A stretch of DNA of 64,000 nt from Erysipelotrichales bacterium (GTDB lineage: Bacteria > Bacillota_I > Bacilli_A > RFN20 > CAG-826). The translations under genes were made by a program, and so were the position numbers. The stretch lies in NCBI GenBank assembly GCA_022508525.1, contig JAFLVA010000007.1, forward strand, positions 18,380 to 82,379, in the 5' to 3' direction. Numbering within the stretch: the first letter of the stretch is position 1; each line of letters begins with the position of its first letter. Of this stretch, positions 18,610-28,551 are shown in pieces. Under the pieces are notes generated by a model, which saw only the letters and a list, made by a program, of their open reading frames with translations, was not told where the DNA came from and did not search any database.

Positions 18610-19333
18610 TGCGATTAAAATAGTAAATTTAACAAAAAAATATAAATCAGTGATCGCTGTGGATGACTTATCTTTAGAAATTAAAAAAGGTGAATTGTTT
18701 GGTCTTTTAGGCGTTAATGGAGCAGGAAAATCTACGACAATTAAAATTCTTTCTGGTTTAGTTAAACCAGATTCTGGTAATGCTTTTATTCTTGATAAAT
18801 CAATTATAAAAGAACCTAATGTAGTCAAAAGTTTTATCGCAGTTTCGCTTCAAGAGACATCAATTGCACGTAATTTAACAGTGAAAGAAAATTTGGATTT
18901 TTATGCGTCAATTTTTAATATAAAAGGCGAAGAAAAAAAGCGCAAGATTGATGAAATTGTTTCGCAATTTAATCTAAATGAAGTATTGAATAAAAGAGCA
19001 AAGCATTTATCAGGTGGGTGGCAAAGAAAATTATCAATCGCTCTTTCTCTTGTATCTAGTCCTAAAGTATTATTTTTAGACGAGCCGACTTTGGGTCTTG
19101 ATGTTTTAGCAAGAAGAGAACTTTGGAAAACGATTAAAGAGTTAAAAAATAAAATGACAATTATTTTAACAACACATTATATGGAAGAAGCAGAAGCGCT
19201 TTGTGACAATATTGCAATTATGGTTAATGGGAAAATTAAAGATATTGGTACTTCAAATGAATTAATTGAGAAAACTGAAGCAAAGAATTTTGAAGATGCT
19301 TTTGTCAAAATTGCCATAGGAGGAAATGAATAA
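18590..19333 (+). CDS. ABC transporter ATP-binding protein (ABC-2 type)
   Basis: Walker A GVNGAGKST, signature LSGGWQRKL, Walker B LFLDEPT. The start is ambiguous (ATG at 18590 or 18599). Confidence 0.85.
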   Translation: MHHMENSAIKIVNLTKKYKSVIAVDDLSLEIKKGELFGLLGVNGAGKSTTIKILSGLVKPDSGNAFILDKSIIKEPNVVKSFIAVSLQETSIARNLTVKENLDFYASIFNIKGEEKKRKIDEIVSQFNLNEVLNKRAKHLSGGWQRKLSIALSLVSSPKVLFLDEPTLGLDVLARRELWKTIKELKNKMTIILTTHYMEEAEALCDNIAIMVNGKIKDIGTSNELIEKTEAKNFEDAFVKIAIGGNE

Positions 19334-20070
19334 TGAAATCAATCAATCGAATTTTCTCGTTAACAATAAGAAATCTAAAAGAAATTTTAAGAGACCCACT
19401 AAGTTTGATTTTTTTATTTCTTTTACCGCTTGTCATGCTTGTATTGTTTTATTTTTTATTTGGTAATTTAACTATTCAATTTGAAATAAAATATTTTGCA
19501 CCTGGTATTGCTGCTTTTGGTGGGGCTTTTATTTCGCTTTTTATGGGCATACTTATCGCCAATGATAGATCAAGCGCATTCCTCACTCGCTTATATACAA
19601 CACCAACAAAATCCTATGAATTTATTTTAGGTTATGCTTTTGCAATGTTTCCTATCGGATTGCTTCAAACAATATTATTTTTCTTAGTAAGTGCTTTATT
19701 AGATTCAACAATTTTAAGTTGGAATATTCTCTTGGTAATCGTAGTTAATCTATTAGTTACTATGCTTTTTATTGGATTTGGAGTATTTTTTGGTTCGTTA
19801 TGCAATGAAAAAAGTATTGGAGGATTTTGTTCTATTTTGATTATGGGACAATCAGTTTTATCTGGAATGTGGTTCCCAATCGAGGGTTTAAGCAAGGGAT
19901 TTATAACATTTATGGAAGTTTTACCTTTTAGAAATTCTGTTTTGCTTTTACAAAATATAATGTTAGGTAATGGTGAGTATTTTAAGCCATTATTGATAAT
20001 TATAGCCTATACTATTTCAATATTTGCAATTTCAATTTTCACTTATGCAAAAAAGATGAAACAAAAATAA
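19333..20070 (+). CDS. ABC-2 family transporter permease
   Basis: 245 aa, 6 TM. It overlaps the ATPase stop codon (ATAATG). Confidence 0.75.
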   Translation: MKSINRIFSLTIRNLKEILRDPLSLIFLFLLPLVMLVLFYFLFGNLTIQFEIKYFAPGIAAFGGAFISLFMGILIANDRSSAFLTRLYTTPTKSYEFILGYAFAMFPIGLLQTILFFLVSALLDSTILSWNILLVIVVNLLVTMLFIGFGVFFGSLCNEKSIGGFCSILIMGQSVLSGMWFPIEGLSKGFITFMEVLPFRNSVLLLQNIMLGNGEYFKPLLIIIAYTISIFAISIFTYAKKMKQK

Positions 20071-20129
20071 AATTTATATACCAAAATTTGTTAATCATAA
20101 TAAAATTAATAAAACAGTGATGTAAAAAT

Positions 20130-20168
20130 AAGTGGCGAAAAGTCTTGATTTTAAGCCACTTTTTTTTG
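20130..20168 (+). terminator. Intrinsic terminator
   Basis: Stem AAGTGGC / GCCACTT followed by T8. Confidence 0.7.
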
Positions 20169-20273
20169 CTGTGGTAGTATTAAAAAAATCAAGAGTTTTT
20201 GTATGGCAATTACTCCCAAGTAAAATCACTTATTTATATGTTAATATCATGTTGGAAAGGATGGATATGCATT

Positions 20274-20978
20274 ATGAAAAAGAATGTATTATTTATTTTC
20301 TCAACATTATTATTAATGGGTTGCAGCAATAACAATTCGTCTATTAGTAACTCAAGTAGTACTGAAAATAGTATTAGTAGCAATACTTCACCATCAATTA
20401 GTGAATCTGCAGTGAATAATTCTTCAAGCATTAGTGAAGAAATAGAAGTGTTAAAAAAACCAACAAGAAACGTTAAGATCTATTTAAATCCTTCAGTTCA
20501 AACATGGAATAGTTACGCGAATAACTTAGGAACAGAAGCAGAGCATATGAACAATATTGCAAATTATATGGTAAAGGAATTAGAAAAAGTTGAATTCATT
20601 GAGTTGAAAGCAAACTTAAATTATTTACCTTTATCAGAATCTGTAAAAGAGAGTAATACTTTTAAAGCAGACATTCATTTCGCTCTTCATTCTAATGCTG
20701 GCGGAGGAAAAGGATTAGAAATATTAACAATCAATTCAAAAAAATTCTCAAGCACTATGTATGAAGGTTTCTTTGCATTAGGTAGTTTTAATAAGCGAGG
20801 AATAAAAGACGGTTCAGGAATTTATGAAATAAAAAATTCTAAGGCTAAAGATGTTGCTTTGATTGAATTATTATTTCATGATAACGTAGAGGAAGCTAAA
20901 TTCATTGTGAATAACGAAAAAAGAATTGCAAAAAATCTTGCTGACTCATTAATAAATTATGTTGTAGAAAATTATTAA
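20274..20978 (+). CDS. N-acetylmuramoyl-L-alanine amidase lipoprotein (Amidase_3-like)
   Basis: Lipobox LLLMGC, a Ser-rich linker, and ADIHFALHSNAGGGKGLEIL plus ALIELLFHDN motifs. The ATG at 20274 (MKKNVLF) is preferred over the track start at 20199. Confidence 0.75.
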   Translation: MKKNVLFIFSTLLLMGCSNNNSSISNSSSTENSISSNTSPSISESAVNNSSSISEEIEVLKKPTRNVKIYLNPSVQTWNSYANNLGTEAEHMNNIANYMVKELEKVEFIELKANLNYLPLSESVKESNTFKADIHFALHSNAGGGKGLEILTINSKKFSSTMYEGFFALGSFNKRGIKDGSGIYEIKNSKAKDVALIELLFHDNVEEAKFIVNNEKRIAKNLADSLINYVVENY

Positions 20979-20984
20979 ACAAAA

Positions 20985-21011
20985 AGGAAACTAGGTTAAT
21001 CTTAGTTTCCT
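20985..21011. terminator. Bidirectional hairpin between convergent genes
   Basis: Stem AGGAAACTA / TAGTTTCCT flanked by A-run and T-run. Confidence 0.65.
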
Positions 21012-21895
21012 TATTTTTTTATTGGTAATAACATTCTTGTTTTCTTTTTATATTCAGCAAATCCTGATTTATAATTTTTCATATGATTTTCAGCCATTGG
21101 TATCGAGATAAAGATAAATAGTAAGGTGTTTAAAATTGTTCCAACAATTGCATACCAATCTCTTAACGCAAAAGATGGTGAAATTATAAACACAAAAGCT
21201 ACGCCATACCAAAATAAGATCTCTCCTAAATAGTTAGGATGACGAGAATATTTCCATAGACCAACATTAATAATTTCAGAGTTGTCTTTTCTTATCTTTT
21301 TAAATTTTGCCATATTATTATCTGCTACTAATTCAAGTATAGTGCCAAGTAACATGATTCCTAAACCAATGATATTTAAAGGTTCAAATTGACGATTTTG
21401 GATAATATAAAGAAACATTGGCACTGATGCAAGATATACGATAATAGTAGGAACCATACATATTCCCAATAAATTGACTAGTTGAAAGAATTTTCCGGTT
21501 TTTTCTTTAAGCATCCTATATCTCCAGTCAATATATGTAATATCATTAAAACTACGAATAAAATTATAAGTAAGTCTAATCGCCCAAAAACTCAAAAATA
21601 CAAGAAATAAGATATTGCCCGGATTTTTCCAATTGTTTGTATATATTAAAAGTACCAAACTTATAAATAATGTTTGTAAAGACCAATATGGATCATAAGT
21701 AGAGGCAGTATGAAATAAAATACCAACAAACCAAATTATAATAGTAGCGACCACATTACCAATGAAAATTGAAAGAAGAAGATTTAAACTCAATTTACTT
21801 ATAAGTAAATATGTTACTAAAAATCCCAATGCAAAAGCGACAATATAAGATAGTAATAAAATCAATAAACCTTGAATTTTTTTCATAACATACAC
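21011..21895 (-). CDS. DUF1295 / steroid-5-alpha-reductase-like membrane protein
   Basis: Polytopic membrane protein. GLWKYSRHPNYLGEILFWYG is characteristic of this family and of ICMT-like families. Confidence 0.65.
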   Translation of the reverse strand: MYVMKKIQGLLILLLSYIVAFALGFLVTYLLISKLSLNLLLSIFIGNVVATIIIWFVGILFHTASTYDPYWSLQTLFISLVLLIYTNNWKNPGNILFLVFLSFWAIRLTYNFIRSFNDITYIDWRYRMLKEKTGKFFQLVNLLGICMVPTIIVYLASVPMFLYIIQNRQFEPLNIIGLGIMLLGTILELVADNNMAKFKKIRKDNSEIINVGLWKYSRHPNYLGEILFWYGVAFVFIISPSFALRDWYAIVGTILNTLLFIFISIPMAENHMKNYKSGFAEYKKKTRMLLPIKK

Positions 21896-22059
21896 CTCAA
21901 GTAAACAACAATAATGTTAGATTAATATTATATATTAATCGTTGAAAAGAAAATAGTTTTTTGACTTTTGTACACATTTGAACCTATAAATGTTTATTCC
22001 TAAATTGAAAAGTTATATTCACATAGCGTAATTAAAAAGGAAAATTCAAGAAAAAAATG

Positions 22060-22088
22060 TTGCAATTATATTTTAATATAATTATAAT
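22060..22088 (+). promoter_or_regulatory. Sigma-A type promoter of the rimP-nusA-infB operon
   Basis: TTGCAA (22060-22065), 17-nt spacer, TATAAT (22083-22088). Confidence 0.6.
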
Positions 22089-22140
22089 AACTTTGTGCTT
22101 ATGAAAGTAAGTATGACCTTTTGGTCAAAGACGTTTTCTA

Positions 22141-22170
22141 AGAGTGGGGAACTCCCCACTCTTTGATTTA
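22141..22170 (+). promoter_or_regulatory. Leader hairpin, possible attenuator upstream of rimP
   Basis: AGAGTGGGGA-AC-TCCCCACTCT (10-bp GC-rich stem) followed by TTGATTT. It ends 15 nt before the RBS AAGGAGG. Confidence 0.45.
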
Positions 22171-22184
22171 ATTAAGGAGGAAAT

Positions 22185-22655
22185 ATGCCAGTAATCGATG
22201 AAGTACGAGAATTAATTGAGCCATCTTTAAATGAAATGAATGTTTCCATATTTGAAATAACATATGGGAAAGAAGGCAAGGATAGAGTGTTACGTATTTT
22301 AGTAGAGAAAAAAGATGAAACGAACATTAGTCTAGATGAGATTGTCCAAGTATCTGAAAAAATATCGCTTCTTTTAGATGAAAAAGATTTAATAAGTGAT
22401 GATAATTATATGCTAGACGTTGCTTCTGCTGGGGCAGAACATCCAATTCGTTTGAATGAATTGGATAAATATCAAAGCAAGTACATTAATGTTCATCTTA
22501 TTAATGCATTAGATGGAGAAAACACTTATGAAGGTACATTGCTAGAAGTTAATGATGAAAACATATTACTTTCAATTAGAATCAAAACTAGAACAAAAAA
22601 TATCACGATCGAGAAGAGCAATGTTGATCGTGCAAGATTAGCAATAAAGTTTTAA
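22185..22655 (+). CDS. rimP: Ribosome maturation factor RimP
   Basis: 156 aa with a RimP-like N-terminus (IEPSLNEMNVSIFEITYGKEGKDRVLRILVEK). It occupies the conserved position upstream of nusA. Confidence 0.85.
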   Translation: MPVIDEVRELIEPSLNEMNVSIFEITYGKEGKDRVLRILVEKKDETNISLDEIVQVSEKISLLLDEKDLISDDNYMLDVASAGAEHPIRLNELDKYQSKYINVHLINALDGENTYEGTLLEVNDENILLSIRIKTRTKNITIEKSNVDRARLAIKF

Positions 22656-22670
22656 GGAGAATAAATAAAT

Positions 22671-24272
22671 ATGATTGATGCTAAAGTATTTTTAGAAGGA
22701 TTAGAAGCACTAGAAAATGATCGTGGTGTTTCTCGCGAAGTTGTTTTAGGAGCTTTAAAAGAAGCATTAGAAAAAGCTTTTAGAAAACAATTAGGAAAAG
22801 ACGAGGATGCCTTAGTTCGTGTTGACATTGATGACAAAAAATCAAAAATTAAAATGTATCAACTAAAAAATGTTGTCGAAGAAGTTGAAGATGACTTTTT
22901 AGAAATAAGTTTAGAAGATGCAAAAAAGGAATTTCCTAATATTAAAATCGATGATCAATATGAAATTGAATATAGCCTAGATTTCCTTACTAAAGGTTCA
23001 GTCCAATTAGTTGCATCTATTTTGCGTCAGAAGATTGCTGAAGCAGAAAAAGCGGCACTTTACGAACAATATAAAGATTGTATTGGTGAAATGGTACAAG
23101 GTCAAATTGAGAAAATTGATGAAAGAGGTGCGATTATTAATATTGGTCGTCTTTCCGTATTCTTACCTCGTACACATATGATTCCAGGAGAAAAATTTAG
23201 AATAGGCGATATTGCTAAATTGTTTGTCTCTGATGTTATTTCTACAACAAAAGGAGCACAAGTTATTGTTTCACGTACTGATCCTGGATTCTTAAAAAGA
23301 CTTTTTGAAACAGAAGTACATGAAATTTACGAAGGCACAGTCATTATTAAAAATATTGCTCGTGAGGCTGGCTATCGTAGTAAAGTAGCTGTTTATTCTC
23401 TTGATCCAAATGTTCCTGCTACTGGAGCTTGTATTGGACCAAATGGTGGACGTATTCAAAAGATTGTTGCTCAATTAGGAAACGGACAAGAAAAAGAAAA
23501 AATCGATATTATTAACTATCATGAAAATCCAGGCTTATATATTATGGAAGCTTTAAAACCTGCAAATGTTCGTGGTGTTGTTCTCGATGAACATGCTAAA
23601 AAAGCTATTGCTGTTGTTCAAAACAATGAATTATCTGTAGCTATTGGTAAAATGGGAGTTAATGCTCGTTTAGCAGTTAAATTAACTGGATGGAATATTG
23701 ATATTAAAGAACTAGATGATGCTTTAAGACTTGGAATTGTCTATAAGACTCAAGAAGATTTAATTCGTGATGATGAAATGAAATATTATGCTCCTGTTGA
23801 GGATGTCATAGAAAATGTTGAAGAAGTAGTTGAAGAAATTGTCGACGAACCAATAGAAGCAGTTCCAACTGAAGTTAAACATGTTGAAATTAAAGAAGAA
23901 AGTAAACCTGTTGAAGAAGAAATCAAAGAAGAAGTTAAAGAAGTTGAACATAAAGAAGAGGTTAAAACTGAAGTTCATACTACAGTTAAAACCAACAAGA
24001 CTCTTGCTGATTTAGAAAAAGAACTTGAAAACGAAAAGCGTCGTCGTGAAAATGCTAATAATTATCAACGTAAATGGAAAAAGGCTGATAATAATACTAA
24101 GAAGGAAGAGGAAGAAGATATTTCTTCAATTATTCCAAATGCAGCAAAGACTGAAAAGATGGATATTTATACCGCTGAAGAATTAGCAGCATTTGAAGAG
24201 GAAGAAGAAACAGAATACGAAGATGATGAAGACATCGATTACGATGAATTCGATTCTTACTATGACGATTAA
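22671..24272 (+). CDS. nusA: Transcription termination/antitermination factor NusA with a long charged C-terminal tail
   Basis: NTD, S1 (GEMVQGQIEKIDERGAIINIG) and two KH domains (GACIGPNGGRIQ, AIGKMGVNARLA), followed by a ~185-aa E/K/V-rich tail. Confidence 0.92.
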   Translation: MIDAKVFLEGLEALENDRGVSREVVLGALKEALEKAFRKQLGKDEDALVRVDIDDKKSKIKMYQLKNVVEEVEDDFLEISLEDAKKEFPNIKIDDQYEIEYSLDFLTKGSVQLVASILRQKIAEAEKAALYEQYKDCIGEMVQGQIEKIDERGAIINIGRLSVFLPRTHMIPGEKFRIGDIAKLFVSDVISTTKGAQVIVSRTDPGFLKRLFETEVHEIYEGTVIIKNIAREAGYRSKVAVYSLDPNVPATGACIGPNGGRIQKIVAQLGNGQEKEKIDIINYHENPGLYIMEALKPANVRGVVLDEHAKKAIAVVQNNELSVAIGKMGVNARLAVKLTGWNIDIKELDDALRLGIVYKTQEDLIRDDEMKYYAPVEDVIENVEEVVEEIVDEPIEAVPTEVKHVEIKEESKPVEEEIKEEVKEVEHKEEVKTEVHTTVKTNKTLADLEKELENEKRRRENANNYQRKWKKADNNTKKEEEEDISSIIPNAAKTEKMDIYTAEELAAFEEEEETEYEDDEDIDYDEFDSYYDD

Positions 24273-24299
24273 TAAATAAAATTAGAAAGGATGTGCGTT

Positions 24300-24557
24300 A
24301 TGAAAAAAATTCCAATGAGAAGATGTGTCGTTACAAACATGTCATTTCCTAAAAATGAATTACTTCGCATTGTTAAAACACCAACTGGTGAAGTAAAAGT
24401 TGATGTTACTGGTAAACTAAATGGCCATGGCGCATATCTTAAGAAAGATTTAGAAGTTTTAGCTACTGCTAAAAAGAAAAAAACACTAGAAAAAGTTTTG
24501 GAGATTTCTATTGATGATGCCATTTATCAAGAAATAGAAAAGTTATTACATGATTAA
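24300..24557 (+). CDS. ylxR: YlxR/RnpM (DUF448) RNA-binding protein
   Basis: IPMRRCVVTNMSFPKNELLRIV motif. Conserved position between nusA and ylxQ. Confidence 0.85.
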   Translation: MKKIPMRRCVVTNMSFPKNELLRIVKTPTGEVKVDVTGKLNGHGAYLKKDLEVLATAKKKKTLEKVLEISIDDAIYQEIEKLLHD

Positions 24558-24849
24558 TATTCTTCAAACTTTAGGATTAGCTTTTAAAGCAAAACGTATA
24601 TTAATAGGTGAAGATATTTTTGTGGCTTTAAAAAGCAATAAAGTTACATTAATTATCTTAGCCAAAGATGTAAGTGAAAATACTAAAAAAAGATTTCATG
24701 ACAAAGCTAAATTTTATGATGTTGAAATTATTGAGGCCTTTTCAAAAATCGAATTAGGAGAGGCTCTTGGTAAGGGATACGTGTCGGCGATTGGAATCTT
24801 AGATATCAAATTAAAAGACAAATTTATTAATTTTCTAGAAAGTAGGTGA
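24550..24849 (+). CDS. ylxQ: L7Ae-family ribosome-associated protein YlxQ
   Basis: 99 aa with an L7Ae-like core (GLAFKAKRILIGEDIF...LIILAKDVSENTKK). Conserved position before infB. Confidence 0.85.
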   Translation: MINILQTLGLAFKAKRILIGEDIFVALKSNKVTLIILAKDVSENTKKRFHDKAKFYDVEIIEAFSKIELGEALGKGYVSAIGILDIKLKDKFINFLESR

Positions 24850-24854
24850 TTTAT

Positions 24855-26702
24855 ATGGCGTACAAAGGAAAAAACAACTCTAAAAATAATCGTGTTAGCA
24901 ATATTCCAGTTAATAAAAATGTTAATAAGAACGAATATAACAAGGTTAATGGAGGAGTGTTTGTTTACACTGGAAACATCACAGTTGCTCAACTAGCAAA
25001 AGAATTAAATGTTCCAGCAACAAACATTATTAAATTCTTATTTAAAAATGGAAAAATGGTCACGCTAAATCAAAATCTTGATGATGAGCTAATCGGAGAA
25101 ATTTGTATTGAATATGGTTACGATTTCAAAAAGGAAAAGGTCATTAGTGAAGAAAATTTCGAAGAATTAGAAATTGTTGACGATGCTAAGTATCTAAAAG
25201 AAAGATCACCAATTGTCACAATTATGGGACATGTTGATCATGGTAAAACAACACTCATTGATACAATTAGAAATTCAAACATTGTAGCAACAGAGGCTGG
25301 TGCTATTACTCAAGCTATTGGTGCGTATCAAAAAGAAATTAAAGGAAAAAAGATTACATTTATTGATACTCCAGGCCATGAGGCCTTTACGCAAATGCGT
25401 TCGCGTGGTGCTTCAGTTACAGATATCGTAATTATTGTTGTTGCGGCTGATGATGGAGTAATGCCTCAAACTAGAGAAGCTATTGACCATGCAAATGCTG
25501 CTAAAGTTCCAATTATTATTGCTATTAATAAAATTGATAAGCCAGGTGCGGATCCTGATCGTGTCAAACAAGAATTAATGGCTTTAAATATTGTTGCAGA
25601 AGAATATGGTGGCGACACAATTTTCTGTGAAATTTCTGCTAAGAAAAATATTGGTATTGAAGAATTACTAGAAAATGTCTTAGTTGTCGCAGAAATGCAA
25701 GAATTGAAGGCAAATCCAAATCGTTATGCTTTAGGTACAGTGTTAGAAGCAAAACTTGATAAGGGTGAAGGTGCTAAGGCAACTTTACTTGTTCAAAATG
25801 GTACATTAAACGCAAGTGATTATGTTGTTGTTGGTGCGGCTTATGGTAGAGTTAGAAAAATGACTAATGAATATCGAGCAGAGTTGAAAGTTGCAGGACC
25901 ATCTACACCAGTTGCGATTATTGGCTTAACCGAAGTGCCTGTCGCCGGTGATAAATTCATGGCTTTCCCAACTGAAAAACAAGCCCGTGAAATTGCCGAA
26001 AAGAGAAAACTTGCTAAAACACAAGAAGAATTAAAAAATGCAAATATACCTACAACTTTGGAAGGTTTGTATATGCAAATGCAAGAAGGACAAATCCAAG
26101 CACTTAATGTCATTATTCGTGCTGATAACCAAGGTAGTGCAGAGGCAGTAAAAGGTGCTTTATTAAATATTCAAGTAGATGGTGTAAAAATTAATGTTTT
26201 ACGTGCAACTGCTGGTGCCATTACTGAAAGTGATGTTTTACTTGCATCAACTTCAAGTGCAATTATCTTTGGATTTAATATCCGTCCTGATGCAATTGTA
26301 AGAAAAAAGGCTGAAGAAGAAAAAGTTGAAATCAGACTTCACACAATTATTTATCACCTTACAGAAGAAGTTGAGGCCGCTATGAAAGGAATGCTTAAAC
26401 CGACATATCGTGAGCAGGTTACAGGCCAAGCGGAAATTCGTAAAGTTATTTCTGCAAGTAAAATTGGTAAAATCGGTGGAACGATGGTTACTAGTGGCGT
26501 AATAAAAAGAGATTCATTATGCCGCTTAATTCGTGATGGTGTCGTAGTTTATGAAGGAAAAATTAACTCTTTGAAGAGATTCCAAAACGATGCAAAAGAA
26601 GTTGCAGAAAATTATGAATGTGGCTTAACTATCGAGAATTTTAACGATATCAAAGAAGGAGATATTGTTGAGGCTTATGAGATGGTTGAGGTGAAAAAAT
26701 AA
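24855..26702 (+). CDS. infB: Translation initiation factor IF-2
   Basis: G motifs [14 protein letters not shown] and NKID, plus IF-2 C-terminal domains. The ATG at 24855 follows AGGTGA. Confidence 0.95.
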   Translation: MAYKGKNNSKNNRVSNIPVNKNVNKNEYNKVNGGVFVYTGNITVAQLAKELNVPATNIIKFLFKNGKMVTLNQNLDDELIGEICIEYGYDFKKEKVISEENFEELEIVDDAKYLKERSPIVTIMGHVDHGKTTLIDTIRNSNIVATEAGAITQAIGAYQKEIKGKKITFIDTPGHEAFTQMRSRGASVTDIVIIVVAADDGVMPQTREAIDHANAAKVPIIIAINKIDKPGADPDRVKQELMALNIVAEEYGGDTIFCEISAKKNIGIEELLENVLVVAEMQELKANPNRYALGTVLEAKLDKGEGAKATLLVQNGTLNASDYVVVGAAYGRVRKMTNEYRAELKVAGPSTPVAIIGLTEVPVAGDKFMAFPTEKQAREIAEKRKLAKTQEELKNANIPTTLEGLYMQMQEGQIQALNVIIRADNQGSAEAVKGALLNIQVDGVKINVLRATAGAITESDVLLASTSSAIIFGFNIRPDAIVRKKAEEEKVEIRLHTIIYHLTEEVEAAMKGMLKPTYREQVTGQAEIRKVISASKIGKIGGTMVTSGVIKRDSLCRLIRDGVVVYEGKINSLKRFQNDAKEVAENYECGLTIENFNDIKEGDIVEAYEMVEVKK

Positions 26703-27061
26703 TGGCAAACAGAAACGAAAGAATTCATTCTCTAATTCAAAAAAACATCTCTGAAATAATCCAGTTCGAATTAAAAAATTCTACTGTTGGATTTGTGAGT
26801 GTAACGGAAGCAGTTGTAAATAAAGATAATTCGTTTGCTAAGGTGTACGTCACTTTTCTTGGAAAAGGAGATAAAAGAAGTCGCCTTGAGGCTTTAAATA
26901 GATGCAAAGGATTTATTCGAAGTGAACTTGCAAAACGATTAGATATTTATAAAGTTCCAGAAATTGCTTTTATTCTTGATGAAACTTTTGATAATGCCAA
27001 AAAATTAGAAGATTCTTTAGCAAGAGAAAAAGAACATATTGAAAACAAGAAGAAAATTTAA
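26702..27061 (+). CDS. rbfA: Ribosome-binding factor A
   Basis: 119 aa, KH-like RbfA pattern, overlaps the infB stop codon. Confidence 0.9.
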   Translation: MANRNERIHSLIQKNISEIIQFELKNSTVGFVSVTEAVVNKDNSFAKVYVTFLGKGDKRSRLEALNRCKGFIRSELAKRLDIYKVPEIAFILDETFDNAKKLEDSLAREKEHIENKKKI

Positions 27062-27091
27062 GTCTCCATTCTTTGGAGACTTTATTTTTTT
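27061..27091 (+). terminator. Intrinsic terminator after rbfA
   Basis: Stem AGTCTCC / GGAGACT followed by TTTATTTTTTT. Confidence 0.75.
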
Positions 27092-27158
27092 GAAATATAT
27101 AGCCAAAAAGTTTTTTATAAATTAAAGTTTTGTACTATAATAAAAAAGGAGAAAAGGT

Positions 27159-28004
27159 ATGGATGGAGTTTTTTTGGTCGATAAGCCAGCAGGAGTAACA
27201 TCTCGCGATGTCGTAAATAAATTGTCAAAACAGCTTGGCATCAAAAAAATCGGGCATGTTGGCACGCTCGATCCTTTTGCAACGGGATTATTAGTTGTAG
27301 TTGCAGGTAAAGGAACAAAAATTTCACCATTTCTTGAAAAAGTTGATAAGCAATATATTGCAACACTAAAGTTGGGTATTAAAACAGATACATTAGATTT
27401 AGAAGGCAAAATTATTGAGACAAAAGAAGTACCTGAGCTTGATAAGGAAACAATTACCAATGTTTTAAAATCATTTGTTGGGAAGTTAGATCAAGTTCCT
27501 CCAATGTTTTCTGCTATTAAATGTAATGGTGTTCCTTTATATAAACTTGCAAGATCTAATATAGAAGTAGAAAGAAAAGTTCGTACGATTGAAATATATA
27601 AAGTACGATTAATTAGTTTTAAAGGTGATGAAATTCGTTTCAGTGTATGCTGCTCGAAAGGAACTTATATTCGTACATTTGGTGAGCAAATTGCAGAAAA
27701 ACTTGGCACTGTTGGGCATTTAATAAAGTTAAAGCGTACAAAAGTAGGTAATTTTAATTTGAAAGATGCACATGCACCAAATAAAATTGCTGCTTGCCAT
27801 TTAATTGAATGTACAGAAGCCTTATCACATATGGATATTGTTGTAGTAGATGATAAACTTACTGCAGATATAAAAAATGGAAAGACTATTGAATTAAGTA
27901 ATCATGACCAACAAGTTCTATTTGTTGATGAAACTAATAATGTTTTAGCAGTTTATGAAAAAATCAATGATAATATTTATAAATGTGTAAGAGGGTTGTT
28001 TTAA
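27159..28004 (+). CDS. truB: tRNA pseudouridine-55 synthase
   Basis: [17 protein letters not shown] and [14 protein letters not shown] (catalytic Asp motif). Confidence 0.92.
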   Translation: MDGVFLVDKPAGVTSRDVVNKLSKQLGIKKIGHVGTLDPFATGLLVVVAGKGTKISPFLEKVDKQYIATLKLGIKTDTLDLEGKIIETKEVPELDKETITNVLKSFVGKLDQVPPMFSAIKCNGVPLYKLARSNIEVERKVRTIEIYKVRLISFKGDEIRFSVCCSKGTYIRTFGEQIAEKLGTVGHLIKLKRTKVGNFNLKDAHAPNKIAACHLIECTEALSHMDIVVVDDKLTADIKNGKTIELSNHDQQVLFVDETNNVLAVYEKINDNIYKCVRGLF

Positions 28005-28204
28005 AAATTGCTTTAAATTTATGAAAAACATAGGCAAAATTATTAATTTATTATGAAAATTATAATTTTTCTTTGAAAAAATACAGTTTTTATTGAAAAT
28101 AAATGAAAATTAATATACACTTACATAGTAACTTATTCTAGGAATAACGAATCCTCATCGTCACTCTTGGATTAAGCTGAAAAATAATAAAGGAGGAAAA
28201 TAAA

Positions 28205-28471
28205 ATGATTTCAAAAGAAAGAGTTGCTGAATTAGTAAAACTCTATGGTCGTGATGAAAAAGACACTGGTTCTACTGAAGTACAAGTTGCAATTTTAACA
28301 GAACAAATTACTGCTTTAACTGCTCACTTAAAAGTACATAAAAAAGACCATCATAGCCGTCGTGGTTTATTAATGTTAGTAGGTAAGAGAAGAAATCTTC
28401 TTGATTATCTTGCAAGAAAAGATAAAGAAAGATACCTAGCTCTCATTGCTAAATTAGGATTACGTAAGTAA
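28205..28471 (+). CDS. rpsO: 30S ribosomal protein S15
   Basis: 88 aa. [10 protein letters not shown]...[16 protein letters not shown] is the S15 signature. Confidence 0.95.
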   Translation: MISKERVAELVKLYGRDEKDTGSTEVQVAILTEQITALTAHLKVHKKDHHSRRGLLMLVGKRRNLLDYLARKDKERYLALIAKLGLRK

Positions 28472-28478
28472 TTATTAT

Positions 28479-28509
28479 TAGTCGCTTAATTAATAAGCGA
28501 CTTTTTTTT
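28479..28509 (+). terminator. Intrinsic terminator after rpsO
   Basis: Stem AGTCGCTTA / TAAGCGACT followed by T8. Confidence 0.85.
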
Positions 28510-28551
28510 GCAATTTAAAGCAGTTAATGTATAATTATTTTGAGGTAGAAA

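Noticed and set aside
20132-20332. 66-aa ORF, and the upstream extension of the amidase ORF (track start 20199).
   Set aside because: These overlap the terminator at 20130-20168. The lipoprotein signal peptide begins at the internal ATG at 20274, which is the sensible start.
23760-23978. 72-aa antisense ORF (Phe/Asn-rich) in the nusA tail.
   Set aside because: It is the mirror image of the GAA/AAA-rich low-complexity coding sequence and is not a gene.
27122-27460. 112-aa minus-strand ORF overlapping the truB start.
   Set aside because: It is antisense to the conserved TruB N-terminus, including the catalytic motif, so truB explains the region.
28100-28204. Possible S15 autoregulatory structure in the rpsO leader (small hairpin AGGA-TAACGAA-TCCT).
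   Set aside because: There is only a 4-bp stem and no pseudoknot or three-way junction that I can support by eye, which is insufficient evidence.
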